From: Cenarchaeum sp.
GTDB taxonomy: Archaea > Thermoproteota > Nitrososphaeria > Nitrososphaerales > Nitrosopumilaceae
Reading direction: 5' to 3'
DNA length: 64,000 bases
NCBI GenBank assembly: GCA_963693095.2
Contig: OY843768.1
Coordinates: 992,001-1,056,000, forward strand
This document shows, piece after piece, positions 29,838 to 39,369 of the stretch. Below the pieces are notes generated by a model. It was not told the origin of the DNA, searched no databases, and saw only the letters and a list, made by a program, of their open reading frames with translations. The stretch's first letter is position 1. Every line of letters begins with the position of its first letter. Position numbers and translations under genes: made by a program.

Positions 29838-30593
29838 TTAAGTCAAACCGCCATCGATGAGGCCCGAGTGCCTTGCGCACAGCGACTCGGCGGCATTGAG
29901 CCGAATCACGTCGGCCTGCCAGTGCGAGTCGGCAAGCCGACATTCAGGCTCGGCGCAGAACGCCTCTCCGGTCATCGCATAGGCGACTGCCTGCATCGCG
30001 TATCCCTCGATGACGGTGCGCATGCGCGCGTCGCCGGCGACTAGGTGGTCGGCCGCATGGGCCGCCTCGACGGGAGCCTCGCCGTCGCCGGCGGCCCTGC
30101 ACGCCATGATATCGGCATAATAGCGCCTAGAGCGCGCCGGCCCCCACACGGCGCCAGCAGTCGAGAGGAGCGACGGGTTTGACGCGACGACGGGGCGCGC
30201 GTGATACCTTGCATCAGCGTCATCATACGTGCCGACTAGGAGGTCAGTCACCATGATGTGCAGCGAGCCTCCGGGGACTGCGCCGGGGCCGGCCACCGCA
30301 AGGGCTGCGCGCAGGAGCTCGTGGCCGTCATGTAGTCCGGGCACGGTGCGCGCGTCTTTGTCATCACGCTGGCGCCAGAACGGCCTAGTCGTGTCAGTCA
30401 CAATGCATGACTCTGTTGGCCCTCCGGCACCTGCGCGCAGGATGCCGGCCCCGCCGTGAATTGGCGCTGTGTCAATTCCAAACGTCGAGGAGAGAAACTG
30501 CGCGAGGAGGCCGATGTCTATGCCAACTTGTGCCTGCCAGTCATGGACGACGATCTCGCGCGGCTTGCGCGAGACACCGGCCCTACCTGCCAA
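29838..30593 (-). CDS. conserved archaeal putative metallopeptidase-like protein
   Basis: TYDD.D.RYHAR, GPARSR.YY, FC.EP.CRL...HWQ, LC..H; archaemetzincin-like Cys cluster. Confidence 0.6.
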   Translation of the reverse strand: MAGRAGVSRKPREIVVHDWQAQVGIDIGLLAQFLSSTFGIDTAPIHGGAGILRAGAGGPTESCIVTDTTRPFWRQRDDKDARTVPGLHDGHELLRAALAVAGPGAVPGGSLHIMVTDLLVGTYDDADARYHARPVVASNPSLLSTAGAVWGPARSRRYYADIMACRAAGDGEAPVEAAHAADHLVAGDARMRTVIEGYAMQAVAYAMTGEAFCAEPECRLADSHWQADVIRLNAAESLCARHSGLIDGGLT

Positions 30594-31386
30594 TCTCCTT
30601 TAGCTTTGTCGCAGTGACCTGCGCGGCCTTGCGTCCCGAAAAGAGCATCGAGCCAAACGTCGGACCCATGCGCGCCAGTCCAAACGTCTCGGTGACGGAC
30701 ATTCCGGCGACGACGAGTCCGGGGTATATCTCGCCGGTCTTTTCGACTACGGCGTCCTCCTCGTTGACATGCATTGGCTGCATGCCCTTCCACTCGACGA
30801 GTCCGCGATCCTCCAGCCTCTTTACTGCAACAGAGTCATGTCCGGACGAGTCAATGACCATCTTTGACTCCAGCGCGACTGGGTCGACGCACGTGATGTT
30901 GCGCGGCAGAGCCGAGACTGGCATCCAGTTGACAACTAGGCCGCAGACGCGGCCGTGCTTTAGGACAAGGTCGTCGAACTTTGTGAGCTGAAGAAACTTT
31001 ACCCCCGCGTCGCACGCGTTGGCGATGAGCTTTGAGACCGCATGCGGGCCCGGTGTCAAGTAGAGTCCCTCGCTGACCTGCTTGTAGGGTATTCCGAGCT
31101 CCTCCCACATCTTTTGGGCAGGCGCGCGAACCGTCACGGGGTTCATCATGTATCCGCCAAGCCAGTACCCGCCGCCGAGATAGTTGTTCTGCTCTACGAC
31201 GAGAACCTTGTGGCCCATTGCGGCAAGCTCGCCGCTAGCCGTCAGGCCCGCAGGGCCGGCTCCGATGACGATAACATCAGACTGTGCGCACTCCATGAGC
31301 ACGGTGTGGAACTCGGTTGCGATCGCACGCGTGATCTCGGCCTCGCCCACGCTAGCAAACATGGTCGGCGTGTCGCTGACTCCCAC
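30583..31386 (-). CDS. thi4: thiazole synthase Thi4
   Basis: GAGPAGL, GGG.W.GG, CVDP, D.SGHD, RMGPTFGSMLFSG; start uncertain. Confidence 0.95.
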   Translation of the reverse strand: MGVSDTPTMFASVGEAEITRAIATEFHTVLMECAQSDVIVIGAGPAGLTASGELAAMGHKVLVVEQNNYLGGGYWLGGYMMNPVTVRAPAQKMWEELGIPYKQVSEGLYLTPGPHAVSKLIANACDAGVKFLQLTKFDDLVLKHGRVCGLVVNWMPVSALPRNITCVDPVALESKMVIDSSGHDSVAVKRLEDRGLVEWKGMQPMHVNEEDAVVEKTGEIYPGLVVAGMSVTETFGLARMGPTFGSMLFSGRKAAQVTATKLKEIGR

Positions 31387-31622
31387 TGATCTCTGCACGA
31401 GCCAAAGTGCCCTACGCGCGCCTTTAATACCTTCGCGGAAGGCACCGGTCGCATCCAGGCCAAAACCTGCCTGCTGCCGCATTCCTGCGATCCGACACTG
31501 CGCGACAGGGCCCCTAGACGCATGATGGTGCCGTGCGTTGGCAGGCCACGTCATACAAGCTTTAAAGTGATCCCCGCTGCGTGCGCGCGTCGGTGGCGCG
31601 TGTGGTCGACAGCGGCGTTCGT

Positions 31623-32876
31623 ATGGTCTATGTGCTCCTTGACGGCGTGGGGGACCTTCCAAACCCCGACCTTGGCGGCAAGACGCCCCTAGAGGCCGCG
31701 CAGACGCCATCGATGGACTCGATGGCCCGCAACGGCTCGCTAGGCGACGCGATCACCGTGGGCCGCGGAATCGCCCCCGAGTCTGACATTGCAGTCTTTA
31801 ACATGCTAGGCTACACGTTTGGCTCCGAGTATCCCGGCCGCGGCGTCATCGAGTCGATCGGCTCGGGAGTCGACTTTGTCGACGGGGACCTTGCGCTGCG
31901 CGGAAACTTTGCGACGCTAGGCGAGGGCGGGATCATCACTGACCGTCGCGCAGGGCGCACCATCAACAGGGAGGACGCCACGGCCGTCGCGCGCGAGATC
32001 GAGGAGGGCGTGCGCTTTTCGCACCCCGGCGCGAGCGTCGTAATCAGGCCCACAGTCGGCCACAGGGTGAGCGTGCGCATACGCGTCAAGGACGAGGGTC
32101 TCCTGCCCGAGATCACCAACACCGACCCCGCCTATGAGCGCGTAGGCGGCATGGGAGTCGCGCGCGATGCTGCCGCCGAGATGAGGATTGCCGCAGCATC
32201 GGCCATCTCACCAGAGCCCGGTGCTGCCCTTGCCGCACGCCTCGTCAACGACCTTGACTGCGAGTCGCGCCGCATAATGGCCGCAAGTCGCGTGAATGCG
32301 CGGCGCAGGGAGCGCGGCGAAAAGGAGCTCGGGTGCATACTCTTGCGCGATGCGGGCTGTAACCGGCCGCGCGTGCGCCCCATAGGCGATGTCCACTCGC
32401 TCTCGTTCTCGTGCATCGTCGACATGCCAGTGGAGATCGGCATTGCGCAGGTTCTCGGCATGAAGGCGTACGAGGCCGGCGGCGGGACAGACTATGCAAA
32501 AAAGGCCGAGGTCGCAGCCGACGCAATAAAGCGCCACAACGTGATGTACGTCCACCTAAAGGGGCCTGACGAGTTTGGCCATGACGGCGATGCGGCCGGA
32601 AAGGTTCGCAGCATTGAAGAGATCGACTCTGGGTTTTTTGCGCCACTCCTCGATCGCATCGGCGACAATGTTGCAGTCGCCGTCTCCGCTGACCACTCGA
32701 CGCCATGCACGCTGCGCGGCCACAGCGATGATCCCGTTCCCGTCCTCGTCTCGGGCAGCATGGTCAGTCGCGACTCGTCATCAAGGGTGACAGAGGCCGA
32801 GGCGCGCAGCGGCGCCATTGGCCACATTGCCGGCGCCGATGTCCTCAGGACTGCGCTGTCGATGGCCGGATCATGA
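31623..32876 (+). CDS. apgM: 2,3-bisphosphoglycerate-independent phosphoglycerate mutase (archaeal type)
   Basis: LDGVGD, TPLEAA.TP, ESD, GRG..E, HLKGPDE.GHDG, ADHSTP, HS.DPVP. Confidence 0.94.
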   Translation: MVYVLLDGVGDLPNPDLGGKTPLEAAQTPSMDSMARNGSLGDAITVGRGIAPESDIAVFNMLGYTFGSEYPGRGVIESIGSGVDFVDGDLALRGNFATLGEGGIITDRRAGRTINREDATAVAREIEEGVRFSHPGASVVIRPTVGHRVSVRIRVKDEGLLPEITNTDPAYERVGGMGVARDAAAEMRIAAASAISPEPGAALAARLVNDLDCESRRIMAASRVNARRRERGEKELGCILLRDAGCNRPRVRPIGDVHSLSFSCIVDMPVEIGIAQVLGMKAYEAGGGTDYAKKAEVAADAIKRHNVMYVHLKGPDEFGHDGDAAGKVRSIEEIDSGFFAPLLDRIGDNVAVAVSADHSTPCTLRGHSDDPVPVLVSGSMVSRDSSSRVTEAEARSGAIGHIAGADVLRTALSMAGS

Positions 32877-33432
32877 ACGGTCCGACGCTGCGCGAGGATA
32901 TCATGGACGAGACGGCATCGCGCACTGCGGCAATGTTGATCCCGCCATATTCGGCCGGCGCACCGTGCAGCTTTTTTGCTGCGCGCGCCAGTATCGACAG
33001 CGATATGCCGTCCTCGTCCTTTTGGTGATGAACCAGCGCGGCAGCAGCAAGTATGATTCCCTGAACGGTATCTCGCTCAATGCTCGGCTGCGCGCATGAT
33101 GCCCAGAGGCCCTCGAATGCCTCGTGTGACTCCCAAAATCGCTCGCCGTTAAAGTGATCCACGCCCTCGCGAATGGCCGCAGCCGCACCCGCATAGCCCT
33201 CGACGAGGTGACGCGCGCGCACCAGGGCGCCCACGGGCTCGAGGTGGACGACCATCTCGTCGATGCGTGACTGATCGACGCTAATGTCGAGCTCCACGTG
33301 CGGCGTGGCGACCCTCACGTCGCGAACCGTGCGCTCAAGGCCCGAGGTCAGCTCGCGTGCGCGGGTCAGTATGTCGCGCGCCTCGCGCGGGGAGTGCCCG
33401 CGGTTCTCGAGGTGGACCATGAACCTGTCCAT
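32845..33432 (-). CDS. DUF309 domain protein
   Basis: FN.ERFWESHEAFEGLW, QGIIL.AAALVH. Confidence 0.85.
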   Translation of the reverse strand: MDRFMVHLENRGHSPREARDILTRARELTSGLERTVRDVRVATPHVELDISVDQSRIDEMVVHLEPVGALVRARHLVEGYAGAAAAIREGVDHFNGERFWESHEAFEGLWASCAQPSIERDTVQGIILAAAALVHHQKDEDGISLSILARAAKKLHGAPAEYGGINIAAVRDAVSSMISSRSVGPFMIRPSTAQS

Positions 33433-33491
33433 GGGGGCGCGGCGGCGGCGAGGCCAATTAAGGTTTATATCCACGCGTGGGCCGGTGCGCG

Positions 33492-34034
33492 GTGTTGCCA
33501 TCCATAAAGACGCTAAGCGACGTCAAGAACGAGTTTCTTGCGAGGCGCGAGCTCGTGTGCGACTTTGATGACGCCTCTGGCCGGATAAAGAGGGCAGAGG
33601 CGATCGAGGCAGTCTCCAAGGAGCACGGCCTAGACGGCAAGCTCATCATACCGGTCAGGCTGCAAAACCACGTGGGCCGGACACACACGACAGGGACGTT
33701 CTTTGTGTACGAGGACGAGGCTGTCGCAAAGGCCCACATTGACCCCTCGGTCATGGAGCGGATTGAAAAGTCAAAGGCCGCCGACAAGGGAGCAGCAGAC
33801 GATCAGGGCGACGGCAAGGCCGACGCAGCAGGCGGAGAGGAAAAGTCCGAGGCTGCAGGAACCGATGACAAGGGCGCAGCAGACGACAAGGCTGAAGGCA
33901 AGGCCGACACACAGGGCGGCGAGGAAAAGTCTGAGGCTGCAGGAACCGATGACAAGGGCGCAGCAGACGACAAGGCCGAAGCCAAGGCCGACGCACAGGG
34001 CGGCGAGGAGAAGCCCAAGGAGGGCGGCGAGTGA
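33492..34034 (+). CDS. rps24e: 30S ribosomal protein S24e with an acidic repetitive tail
   Basis: N.FL.RRE N-terminal motif; directly upstream of rps27ae (TGATG overlap). Confidence 0.85.
   Translation: MLPSIKTLSDVKNEFLARRELVCDFDDASGRIKRAEAIEAVSKEHGLDGKLIIPVRLQNHVGRTHTTGTFFVYEDEAVAKAHIDPSVMERIEKSKAADKGAADDQGDGKADAAGGEEKSEAAGTDDKGAADDKAEGKADTQGGEEKSEAAGTDDKGAADDKAEAKADAQGGEEKPKEGGE
33783..34020 (+). repeat. 84-bp (28-aa) coding tandem repeat, about 2.8 copies
   Basis: DKGAADD...[15 protein letters not shown] is repeated in the S24e tail. Confidence 0.85.
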
Positions 34035-34207
34035 TGGCAGGCAGAAAGGGATCAAGCCCCAAGATTCACACATACTACAAGATAGAGTCAGACAAGGCGA
34101 CGAGGCTAAAAAAGGTCTGCTCGCGCTGCGGCAAGGGCGTCTTTATGTCCGAGCACAAGGGTCGCCACACGTGCGGCAAGTGCGGCCTGACCGAGTTTGG
34201 TCAATAG
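34034..34207 (+). CDS. rps27ae: 30S ribosomal protein S27ae
   Basis: Manual translation [18 protein letters not shown]...[27 protein letters not shown]. Confidence 0.95.
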   Translation: MAGRKGSSPKIHTYYKIESDKATRLKKVCSRCGKGVFMSEHKGRHTCGKCGLTEFGQ

Positions 34208-34905
34208 CGGCGCCGCGAACGTATGCTCTTGCTGCGCTCCACAATCTCATCCATCTTTGCCAAAAGTGCTGGATCAAAGCGTATCTTTGATATCGACTCA
34301 GCAGACAGTCGCAGTGTGTTAGAGTCAAGCTCGACGCCTGTTCGCGGCAAGCCGCGCTTGATCCACAGGCGCGTCACCTTTTCTTCGAGGCGCATGTCAT
34401 GGAACCCCTCCGGAAAGCGCTTTGTGATGTGCGCAAGTATGTTGCGGTCACGAAAGACGGCGCGTGGATCAAAGAGGCGCATAGAGTCCGAGTATGCCCC
34501 CTCAAAGAGGCTGCCAGAGACCTCATCGGACACGATGTCCATGGTCGATATGCGCCGCACGAGCTCGAGATAGTGGAGGAACTCGTGTGCGAGTATGGCG
34601 TGGATTGTGCCCTTTAGCCCATAGGCGACTAGGGGCGCGCAGACCTGGATGACGACGCGTAGGCTGTTCTCGACTACGAGTGGAACCGTGCGCGCATAGA
34701 GTATGCCATAGCCATAAGAGTCGCGCGTGCCGGCGATGACGATCGAAGGCTCGACATACGCGACCGGATACGCGATTCCCGTGGCTCCCTCTATGCGGTC
34801 AATTCCCGAGACGACACGGTCAAAGCGTGACTCGGCGAGCTCGGCGACATCCTTTGGGACGGTTCCCCCCGAGGCGGCCTCACGAAGCCTTGCGAGCGGG
34901 TCCAA
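34201..34905 (-). CDS. conserved hypothetical protein with an HExxH motif
   Basis: [12 protein letters not shown]; 234 aa, protein-like composition. Confidence 0.7.
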   Translation of the reverse strand: MDPLARLREAASGGTVPKDVAELAESRFDRVVSGIDRIEGATGIAYPVAYVEPSIVIAGTRDSYGYGILYARTVPLVVENSLRVVIQVCAPLVAYGLKGTIHAILAHEFLHYLELVRRISTMDIVSDEVSGSLFEGAYSDSMRLFDPRAVFRDRNILAHITKRFPEGFHDMRLEEKVTRLWIKRGLPRTGVELDSNTLRLSAESISKIRFDPALLAKMDEIVERSKSIRSRRRY

Positions 34906-35073
34906 CGCGGGCTCTCATGGCACGCGCGCGTAAAAACCTTGAGCCGCATGGCGCGATCCGGCCACGTCCTTTGGGCTACTTTGGGCCATGCGCGCTAGTT
35001 TGCCCACGGCTGCGTAGTCGAGCATGGCCGCCCCTGAGACTAGAACCAATTCATGGGGGGTGCGAGACCGAGC

Positions 35074-35175
35074 CTAGCGCCTGCCGCGCTTGCCGCTCTT
35101 TGACTTTTTTATCTTGCGGCGATTCTCGCGCTGGTCGGCCCATCGCATGTGCTTGCCAGGCTTTCGCGTCGACAT
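35074..35175 (-). CDS. 33-aa highly basic microprotein
   Basis: MSTRKPGKHMRWADQRENRRKIKKSKSGKRGRR; AT-rich AATTAA tract about 30 nt upstream. Confidence 0.45.
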   Translation of the reverse strand: MSTRKPGKHMRWADQRENRRKIKKSKSGKRGRR

Positions 35176-35408
35176 GGCAGGCGCTCCCCGCGCAAGAGTA
35201 GTTAATTGTTCGCATTATGGCCGACAATCTAGACGCAACGGGGCAGAAACGGCCCCTCCTCCGGGGTGCAGGCCCCTGATCGCAGCAGGCTCACGACCCT
35301 GGCGGCCAAGTGGGGAGGTGCGCGCTCGTGGCGAGTGTGGCACCACGAGCCGTTCTGCAGGGTGCGCAGCACGCCATCTAATATAGCGGCGGGGCCGGCA
35401 GGCGTCGC

Positions 35409-36341
35409 ATGGCCATGCTAGAGGTCGACTCGCTGTGCGTCGAGTATGCGACTGCCGGCGGGCGCCTCATGGCAGTGGACGGCGCGACGTTCTCGCTAGG
35501 GGCCGGCGAGGCCCTCGGAATCGCCGGCGAGAGCGCGTGCGGCAAGAGCACGCTTGGCATGGCACTCATGCGCAGCCTGCCGGCCGGCACGTCAGTCACC
35601 GGAAGCGCAAGACTTGACGGGACTGACATGCTCGCAATGAAGGGGCGCGACTATGACGCAACGCACAGGTGGAAGCGCGTCTCGATGGTCTTTCAGGCCG
35701 CAATGAACTCCCTTGATCCAGTGTACACGATAGGCGAGCAGCTCGCCGAGGTTCTCGAGGAGCACGGACGCGCGCGTGGGGCCGATGACGCAATTGCGTC
35801 GGCGATACGCGACGTTGGCCTTGAGGGCAGCGTACTGCGCCAGTACCCCCACGAGCTTAGCGGCGGCATGAGGCAGAGGGCAGTCATCGCCATGGCACTC
35901 CTCCTAGAGCCGCGCCTAGTCATCGCCGACGAGCCGACGACGGCCCTTGACGTGCTCGTCCAGTCCCAGGTCATCGGTGTCCTGCGCCGTCTGCGCCAGC
36001 GCGGGACATCAGTCATAGTCATAACGCATGACCTGGCCCTCCTCTCCGAGATTGCCGACGTGGTTGCCATAATGTATGCCGGCCAGATAGTCGAGCTCGG
36101 CTGCGCACGGGAGATATACGACAGTCCAAAGCACCCCTACACGCAGGCGCTCATAGCCGCAACGCCGACGATCCACGGGGACGCGCCGCAGCACATATCG
36201 GGCAGGCCGCCGGACATGGCCCGTCCGGGCAAGGCGTGCAGGTTTATGCCGCGCTGCGCTCACGCGATGGAGAAGTGCAATGTGGATCCGCACGTGTTTG
36301 GCGATCCTGCAAGATACACGAGATGCTGGCTCTACGAGTAG
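35409..36341 (+). CDS. oligopeptide/dipeptide ABC transporter ATP-binding subunit
   Basis: GESACGKS, YPHELSGGMRQR, DEPTTALD, HPYT, CRF.PRC. Confidence 0.93.
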   Translation: MAMLEVDSLCVEYATAGGRLMAVDGATFSLGAGEALGIAGESACGKSTLGMALMRSLPAGTSVTGSARLDGTDMLAMKGRDYDATHRWKRVSMVFQAAMNSLDPVYTIGEQLAEVLEEHGRARGADDAIASAIRDVGLEGSVLRQYPHELSGGMRQRAVIAMALLLEPRLVIADEPTTALDVLVQSQVIGVLRRLRQRGTSVIVITHDLALLSEIADVVAIMYAGQIVELGCAREIYDSPKHPYTQALIAATPTIHGDAPQHISGRPPDMARPGKACRFMPRCAHAMEKCNVDPHVFGDPARYTRCWLYE

Positions 36342-36715
36342 CGCCGCACGACGGGAAGGCACGAGTCGACGATCCGGAGAACCTCGCTTCGCACGACCTT
36401 TTTGTCGATCGATATCCAGACGCGATGGCGCTTTATCGCAAACGAGATTATCTGGGCCTTTGTGCGCTCCTCCCAGATAAACTCGATCGAGCCGAGGCTC
36501 TTGTCAAAGTACGCCTCGAGGTCTGTCCTCATCGCAATGTGCGAGAACTGATAGTGCGTGTCGCGCTCGTTGAGCAGCGGGCGCAGGTTTGAGCGGCGAT
36601 TGTACGCTAGGAGCTCGCCGCTCTCGCCGATCAGGCCGACAAAGCGGATGACTGGGCTTATCGAGGCGATCGCATCGCATATCAGGCCATACTTTTTCCT
36701 GAGGCGGGCTGACAT
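36332..36715 (-). CDS. conserved small roadblock-like thaumarchaeal protein
   Basis: IRFVGLI...G, PLL, FD..LG pattern; about 127 aa. Confidence 0.6.
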   Translation of the reverse strand: MSARLRKKYGLICDAIASISPVIRFVGLIGESGELLAYNRRSNLRPLLNERDTHYQFSHIAMRTDLEAYFDKSLGSIEFIWEERTKAQIISFAIKRHRVWISIDKKVVRSEVLRIVDSCLPVVRRYS

Positions 36716-36870
36716 GGCACGCGCGCGCCGTGCCGAGCTATATTTGCGTGTCGGCACCTGCGCACGGGGATCACGCGCCCTCAGGCGCGCAAGATCGCCG
36801 TGCGTGCCATCAGTGGCCCCCCACAGGCCCTTAACACATATTTAACTTGGTCCGAGCCAGTCGCGCCAGA

Positions 36871-38583
36871 ATGGTCGAGAACCTCGAGTACGACCTTGTT
36901 ATATGCGGATCCGGCCTAGCCGGCCTGCGTGCGGCCATCGCCGCTGCAACAAGGCAGCCCTCGCTAAAGATAGGCGTCGTCTCAAAGGTCCAGGTCATGA
37001 GGTCGCACTCGGTCTCAGCCGAGGGGGGCACGGCTGCTGCCCTCTTTGAGGACGAGGGCGACAGCATAGAGTCGCACATCTATGACACCGTAAAGGGGAG
37101 CGACTTTTTGGCAGACCAGGACGTAGCCGAGAGGCTTTGTCGCGAGATGCCGCACGAGGTTTATCAGCTTGAGCACTGGGGCATGCCATGGTCGCGCAGA
37201 AAGGACGGGAGGATCGACCAGCGCGCCTTTGGCGGGTATAGCTTTCCGCGCGCAACGTACGCGTCTGACAAGGTGGGCTTTTTCGAGATGCAGACGCTCT
37301 ATGACACGTGCCAGAGGCATGAGAGCATAGAGTACCTCAACGAGTGGTTTGTCAGCGCGATTATACACGATGGCAAGAGGTTCCTCGGCGTCACGGCAGT
37401 AGAGCTTGCGACTGGCGCGTTCTATGCGATAAAGGCAAAGGCCCTAATCATAGCAACGGGAGGCGCCGGAAGGCTCTATAGCTTTTCAACGTATGCGCAC
37501 TCGTCGACTCCGGACGGACTTGACATGGCGTTTCGCGCCGGCATGGCGCTAAAGGACATGGAGTTTGTCCAGTTCCATCCCACTGGCATAATGCCGTCGG
37601 GCATACTAATCACAGAGGGCGCGCGAGGCGAGGGCGGACACCTACTCAACAGCGAGGGCGAGCGATTCATGTCCGCGTATGCGCCCTCAAAGATGGAGCT
37701 TGCGCCACGCGACATTGTGTCAAGGTCCATAATGACCGAGATTGCCGAGGGCAGGGGACTCAAGAGCATGACGGGTGCGGACTGTGTAAAGCTGGACTTG
37801 CGCCATGTTGGAGACGCCACGATACGCGAAAAGCTTGGCGCAATACGCGAGATTAGCATAAAGTTCTCCGGCGTGGATCCGTCCGAGGAGCCGATCGACG
37901 TGAGGCCCGTCTGCCACTACATGATGGGCGGCATACACACGGACATTGACGGCAAGACCGAGCTTGCCGGCGTGTGGGCCGCCGGCGAGGCCGCATGCAA
38001 CAGCACCCACGGCTCAAACAGGCTTGGGGCCAACTCGACGTCTGAATGCATAGTGTGGGGCAAGATAGTCGGCGAGCTCGCCGCCGACTATGCCGCCGCC
38101 GGCGTCGCGCAGACGCCCTGGCCGCACCACCTCGTGACTGCCGAGGAGAGCCGGATATATGGCGAGATATTTAGGGGGAGTGGGGACGCAAACCCCTATG
38201 AGGTCCGGCAAGAGCTGACAGACACGATGAACGAGTTCGCCTATGTGTACCGCGACGAGGACAGCCTGGCCGAGGGCCTGCGCAGGCTTCGCGAGCTGCG
38301 CTCGAGGCCATGGAGGCATGTTGAGGACAAGGCCAGCGAGTACAACACCAACTTTGTCAACGTCATGGAGCTCGACTCGATGTTTCGCGTGGCCGAAGTC
38401 GTCCTAGTCGGCGCGCTAGGCCGCAAAGAGTCGCGCGGTGCGCACGCGCGCACCGACTATCCAAGGCGCGATGACGAGTCGTTCCTCCATCACACGCTGG
38501 CGTACCATGGTGCCGAGGAACCCATAATGAGAACGTCGCCAGTCAAGATAACAAACTACCAGCCAGTGGAGAGAAAGTACTAA
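36871..38583 (+). CDS. sdhA: succinate dehydrogenase flavoprotein subunit
   Basis: GSGLAG, RSHSVSAEGG (covalent FAD His), QFHPTG, HYMMGG, HGSNRLG, ESRGAH. Confidence 0.97.
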   Translation: MVENLEYDLVICGSGLAGLRAAIAAATRQPSLKIGVVSKVQVMRSHSVSAEGGTAAALFEDEGDSIESHIYDTVKGSDFLADQDVAERLCREMPHEVYQLEHWGMPWSRRKDGRIDQRAFGGYSFPRATYASDKVGFFEMQTLYDTCQRHESIEYLNEWFVSAIIHDGKRFLGVTAVELATGAFYAIKAKALIIATGGAGRLYSFSTYAHSSTPDGLDMAFRAGMALKDMEFVQFHPTGIMPSGILITEGARGEGGHLLNSEGERFMSAYAPSKMELAPRDIVSRSIMTEIAEGRGLKSMTGADCVKLDLRHVGDATIREKLGAIREISIKFSGVDPSEEPIDVRPVCHYMMGGIHTDIDGKTELAGVWAAGEAACNSTHGSNRLGANSTSECIVWGKIVGELAADYAAAGVAQTPWPHHLVTAEESRIYGEIFRGSGDANPYEVRQELTDTMNEFAYVYRDEDSLAEGLRRLRELRSRPWRHVEDKASEYNTNFVNVMELDSMFRVAEVVLVGALGRKESRGAHARTDYPRRDDESFLHHTLAYHGAEEPIMRTSPVKITNYQPVERKY

Positions 38584-39017
38584 TGTCCGACACAGACGAG
38601 AACAAGGGCGGCATTCGCGACATGGCAAGCCCGCGGCGCTATGGCATAGAGCGCGTCGCGTACTGGCTAATGAGGCTCTCAGGACTTGGACTCCTTGCGT
38701 ACTTTGTCGGGCACATTTACGAGACGAGCGCAATACTGCGCGGGCGCGCCGGCTGGGACGAGCTCCTCGCAATGACGCAGAGCACCGAGGGCCATGCGCT
38801 CCTTGCGCTAGTCATCGGCATGTGCGTCTTTCACACGGCAAACGGCATACGCCTCATGCTGGTCCAGGGCGGCGTGTGGGCCGGCAAGCCGGGGCGGGCC
38901 GACTATCCGTACACGCCGCGCTCGCAGAACGCGCGCAACAAGATTGCGATATACTCCTCGATTGTGATGGCTGCTGTCGCGATGGTGTATGGCCTGACGG
39001 TGATGTTTGGTGAGTGA
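38583..39017 (+). CDS. sdhC: succinate dehydrogenase membrane anchor (cytochrome b)
   Basis: 3 TM, RLSG, FHTANGIR; lies between sdhA and sdhB. Confidence 0.88.
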   Translation: MSDTDENKGGIRDMASPRRYGIERVAYWLMRLSGLGLLAYFVGHIYETSAILRGRAGWDELLAMTQSTEGHALLALVIGMCVFHTANGIRLMLVQGGVWAGKPGRADYPYTPRSQNARNKIAIYSSIVMAAVAMVYGLTVMFGE

Positions 39018-39020
39018 GCG

Positions 39021-39365
39021 ATGAGGGAAAGCCACCTGATAAGGATACACTATGCGACGGCACTGGCCGCCGTCGCCCTAGTCGCCGTCCACGTTCTCAT
39101 GCGCGTGACGCAGGGGTTCGCCGAGTCCCTCGAGTACGAGAGCGTCGTGGCCAACTATCGCTTCCTCCCGTATGCGGGCCTCCTCGAGATCATACTCGTT
39201 CTCCTCTCGATACACGGCTTTAACGGCCTGCGCGTCATACTCCTCGAGCTCCGCCAGGGCCGCACGTACGAGAGGGCAGTCACGGTCATATGCGTGGCGG
39301 GCATGGTAGCAGTTATAGCGTATGGCTCGCGCACGATATTCATGATGAACGCGGGGGTGCTCTAG
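39021..39365 (+). CDS. sdhD: succinate dehydrogenase hydrophobic anchor
   Basis: 3 TM, HGFNGLRVILLE. Confidence 0.88.
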   Translation: MRESHLIRIHYATALAAVALVAVHVLMRVTQGFAESLEYESVVANYRFLPYAGLLEIILVLLSIHGFNGLRVILLELRQGRTYERAVTVICVAGMVAVIAYGSRTIFMMNAGVL

Positions 39366-39369
39366 GGAG

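Noticed and set aside
31390-31580. TPP riboswitch upstream of thi4
   Set aside because: The conserved CTGAGA and ACCTGA elements were not found; the long N-terminal extension of the 375-aa ORF looks like a start-call artefact.
35240-35275. RNase P RNA (GAAACGGCCCCTCCTCCGGGGTGCA resembles an internal segment)
   Set aside because: The 5' GAGGAAAGTCC-like and 3' AACAGAA-like P4 strands are absent, and the region is too short.
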